A stretch of 64,000 nt of DNA from Lytechinus pictus (taxonomy: Eukaryota), in contig NC_087245.1 of the NCBI RefSeq assembly GCF_037042905.1, positions 29,700,001-29,764,000 on the forward strand, read 5' to 3'. Under the pieces are notes generated by a model. The model searched no databases. It worked only from the letters and a program-made list of their open reading frames with translations, and was not told the origin of the DNA. Position 1 is the stretch's first letter. Every line of letters begins with the position of its first letter. Made by a program: the position numbers and the translations under genes. Positions 63,328-64,000 of this stretch are shown in pieces.

Positions 63328-63569
63328 GTCAAAAATTGAAACGTTAATAGTTTACAGTCCTTCGCGTTGGTCTGATTTTTTTTTATACTCATTTGGATTT
63401 GAACTTGGGAGGGGATAGAAACAGGTCGGTAAGGGGGATTTGCTGGCAAACTCTTCCAATTCTGTTTTACTCCGGGGTTTTACTTTATCCTATCCTTCTA
63501 ACTGTAGGCAATTTTATAATAAGCTATTTTCAGAAAGGGGTCAGCATTATGATTAGCGGATAATGGATT

Positions 63570-63974
63570 ATTGTCATTGCCAAAAAAGTAGTTTAATTGA
63601 TGAGACGATGTAAACAGTATCGTTATTTCATTTTTTTATTATTTAGTTTTTCAAAAAAACATTTTAAATTCTCAAGTATTTTATTCAAAAAATGTGTATG
63701 ATATATCTCCCTTGTAACGGAATTAGTTGCATCAATGAATATATCATTCCATTTCTTTCATTCTTGGTGGACAAAATTTAATTTCTTATAATAAGTTCAT
63801 TAATTGCACATTCTTGAAAACATAGAACTGTTTCACCGAAATAATACAAAGCTTTAAAATGTGATAACTTTGTTATTGCTTGTGAGATATTGTTGGAATT
63901 TTCAGTGTTTTGTTTGTCTGATTTAAATTTATCTGTTTAAATCATATTATTTTCAGCCATGAGTACCACTTTAA
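63570..63974. mobile_element. Remnant related to family A (TTAA-ended)
   Basis: ctttaaaatgtgataacttt...aattttcagtgttttgtttgtctgattt...gagtaccact|ttaa resembles the family A arm; left boundary approximate. Confidence 0.5.
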
Positions 63975-64000
63975 TTTAGTTACGGACTGACTGAAATTTG

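Overview
AT-rich, intron-dominated eukaryotic (animal) DNA; the repeat style suggests a sea urchin or similar marine invertebrate, which is inference and not established. Almost none of the supplied six-frame ORFs look like real genes. The window appears to hold the 5' part of one large minus-strand gene. A CpG-rich promoter and non-coding first exon lie near 55.2-55.4 kb, followed by small exons with canonical GT-AG sites and mutually compatible phases: 54450-54694, 45121-45327, 29448-29532, 20782-20868, 10981-11031 and 2641-2857. These appear to give about four alternative N-termini plus a possible 15/51-nt micro-exon. The shared body of the protein should lie left of position 1, so the gene cannot be named. 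The putative gene body is visibly CpG-depleted, while the upstream region is not. The rest is a dense set of non-autonomous DNA transposons: TTAA-flanked Kolobok/T2-like, CACTG/EnSpm-like, Tc1-like, Harbinger-like and hAT-like MITEs, an 8-bp-TSD poly-G/C-ended element, and two Helentron-type tandem-repeat elements carrying nuclear-receptor DR1 motifs. There are also nested insertions, tRNA-SINE heads, microsatellites and several RFX X-box-like palindromes. No prokaryotic system, CRISPR array, rRNA or intact transposase is evident.
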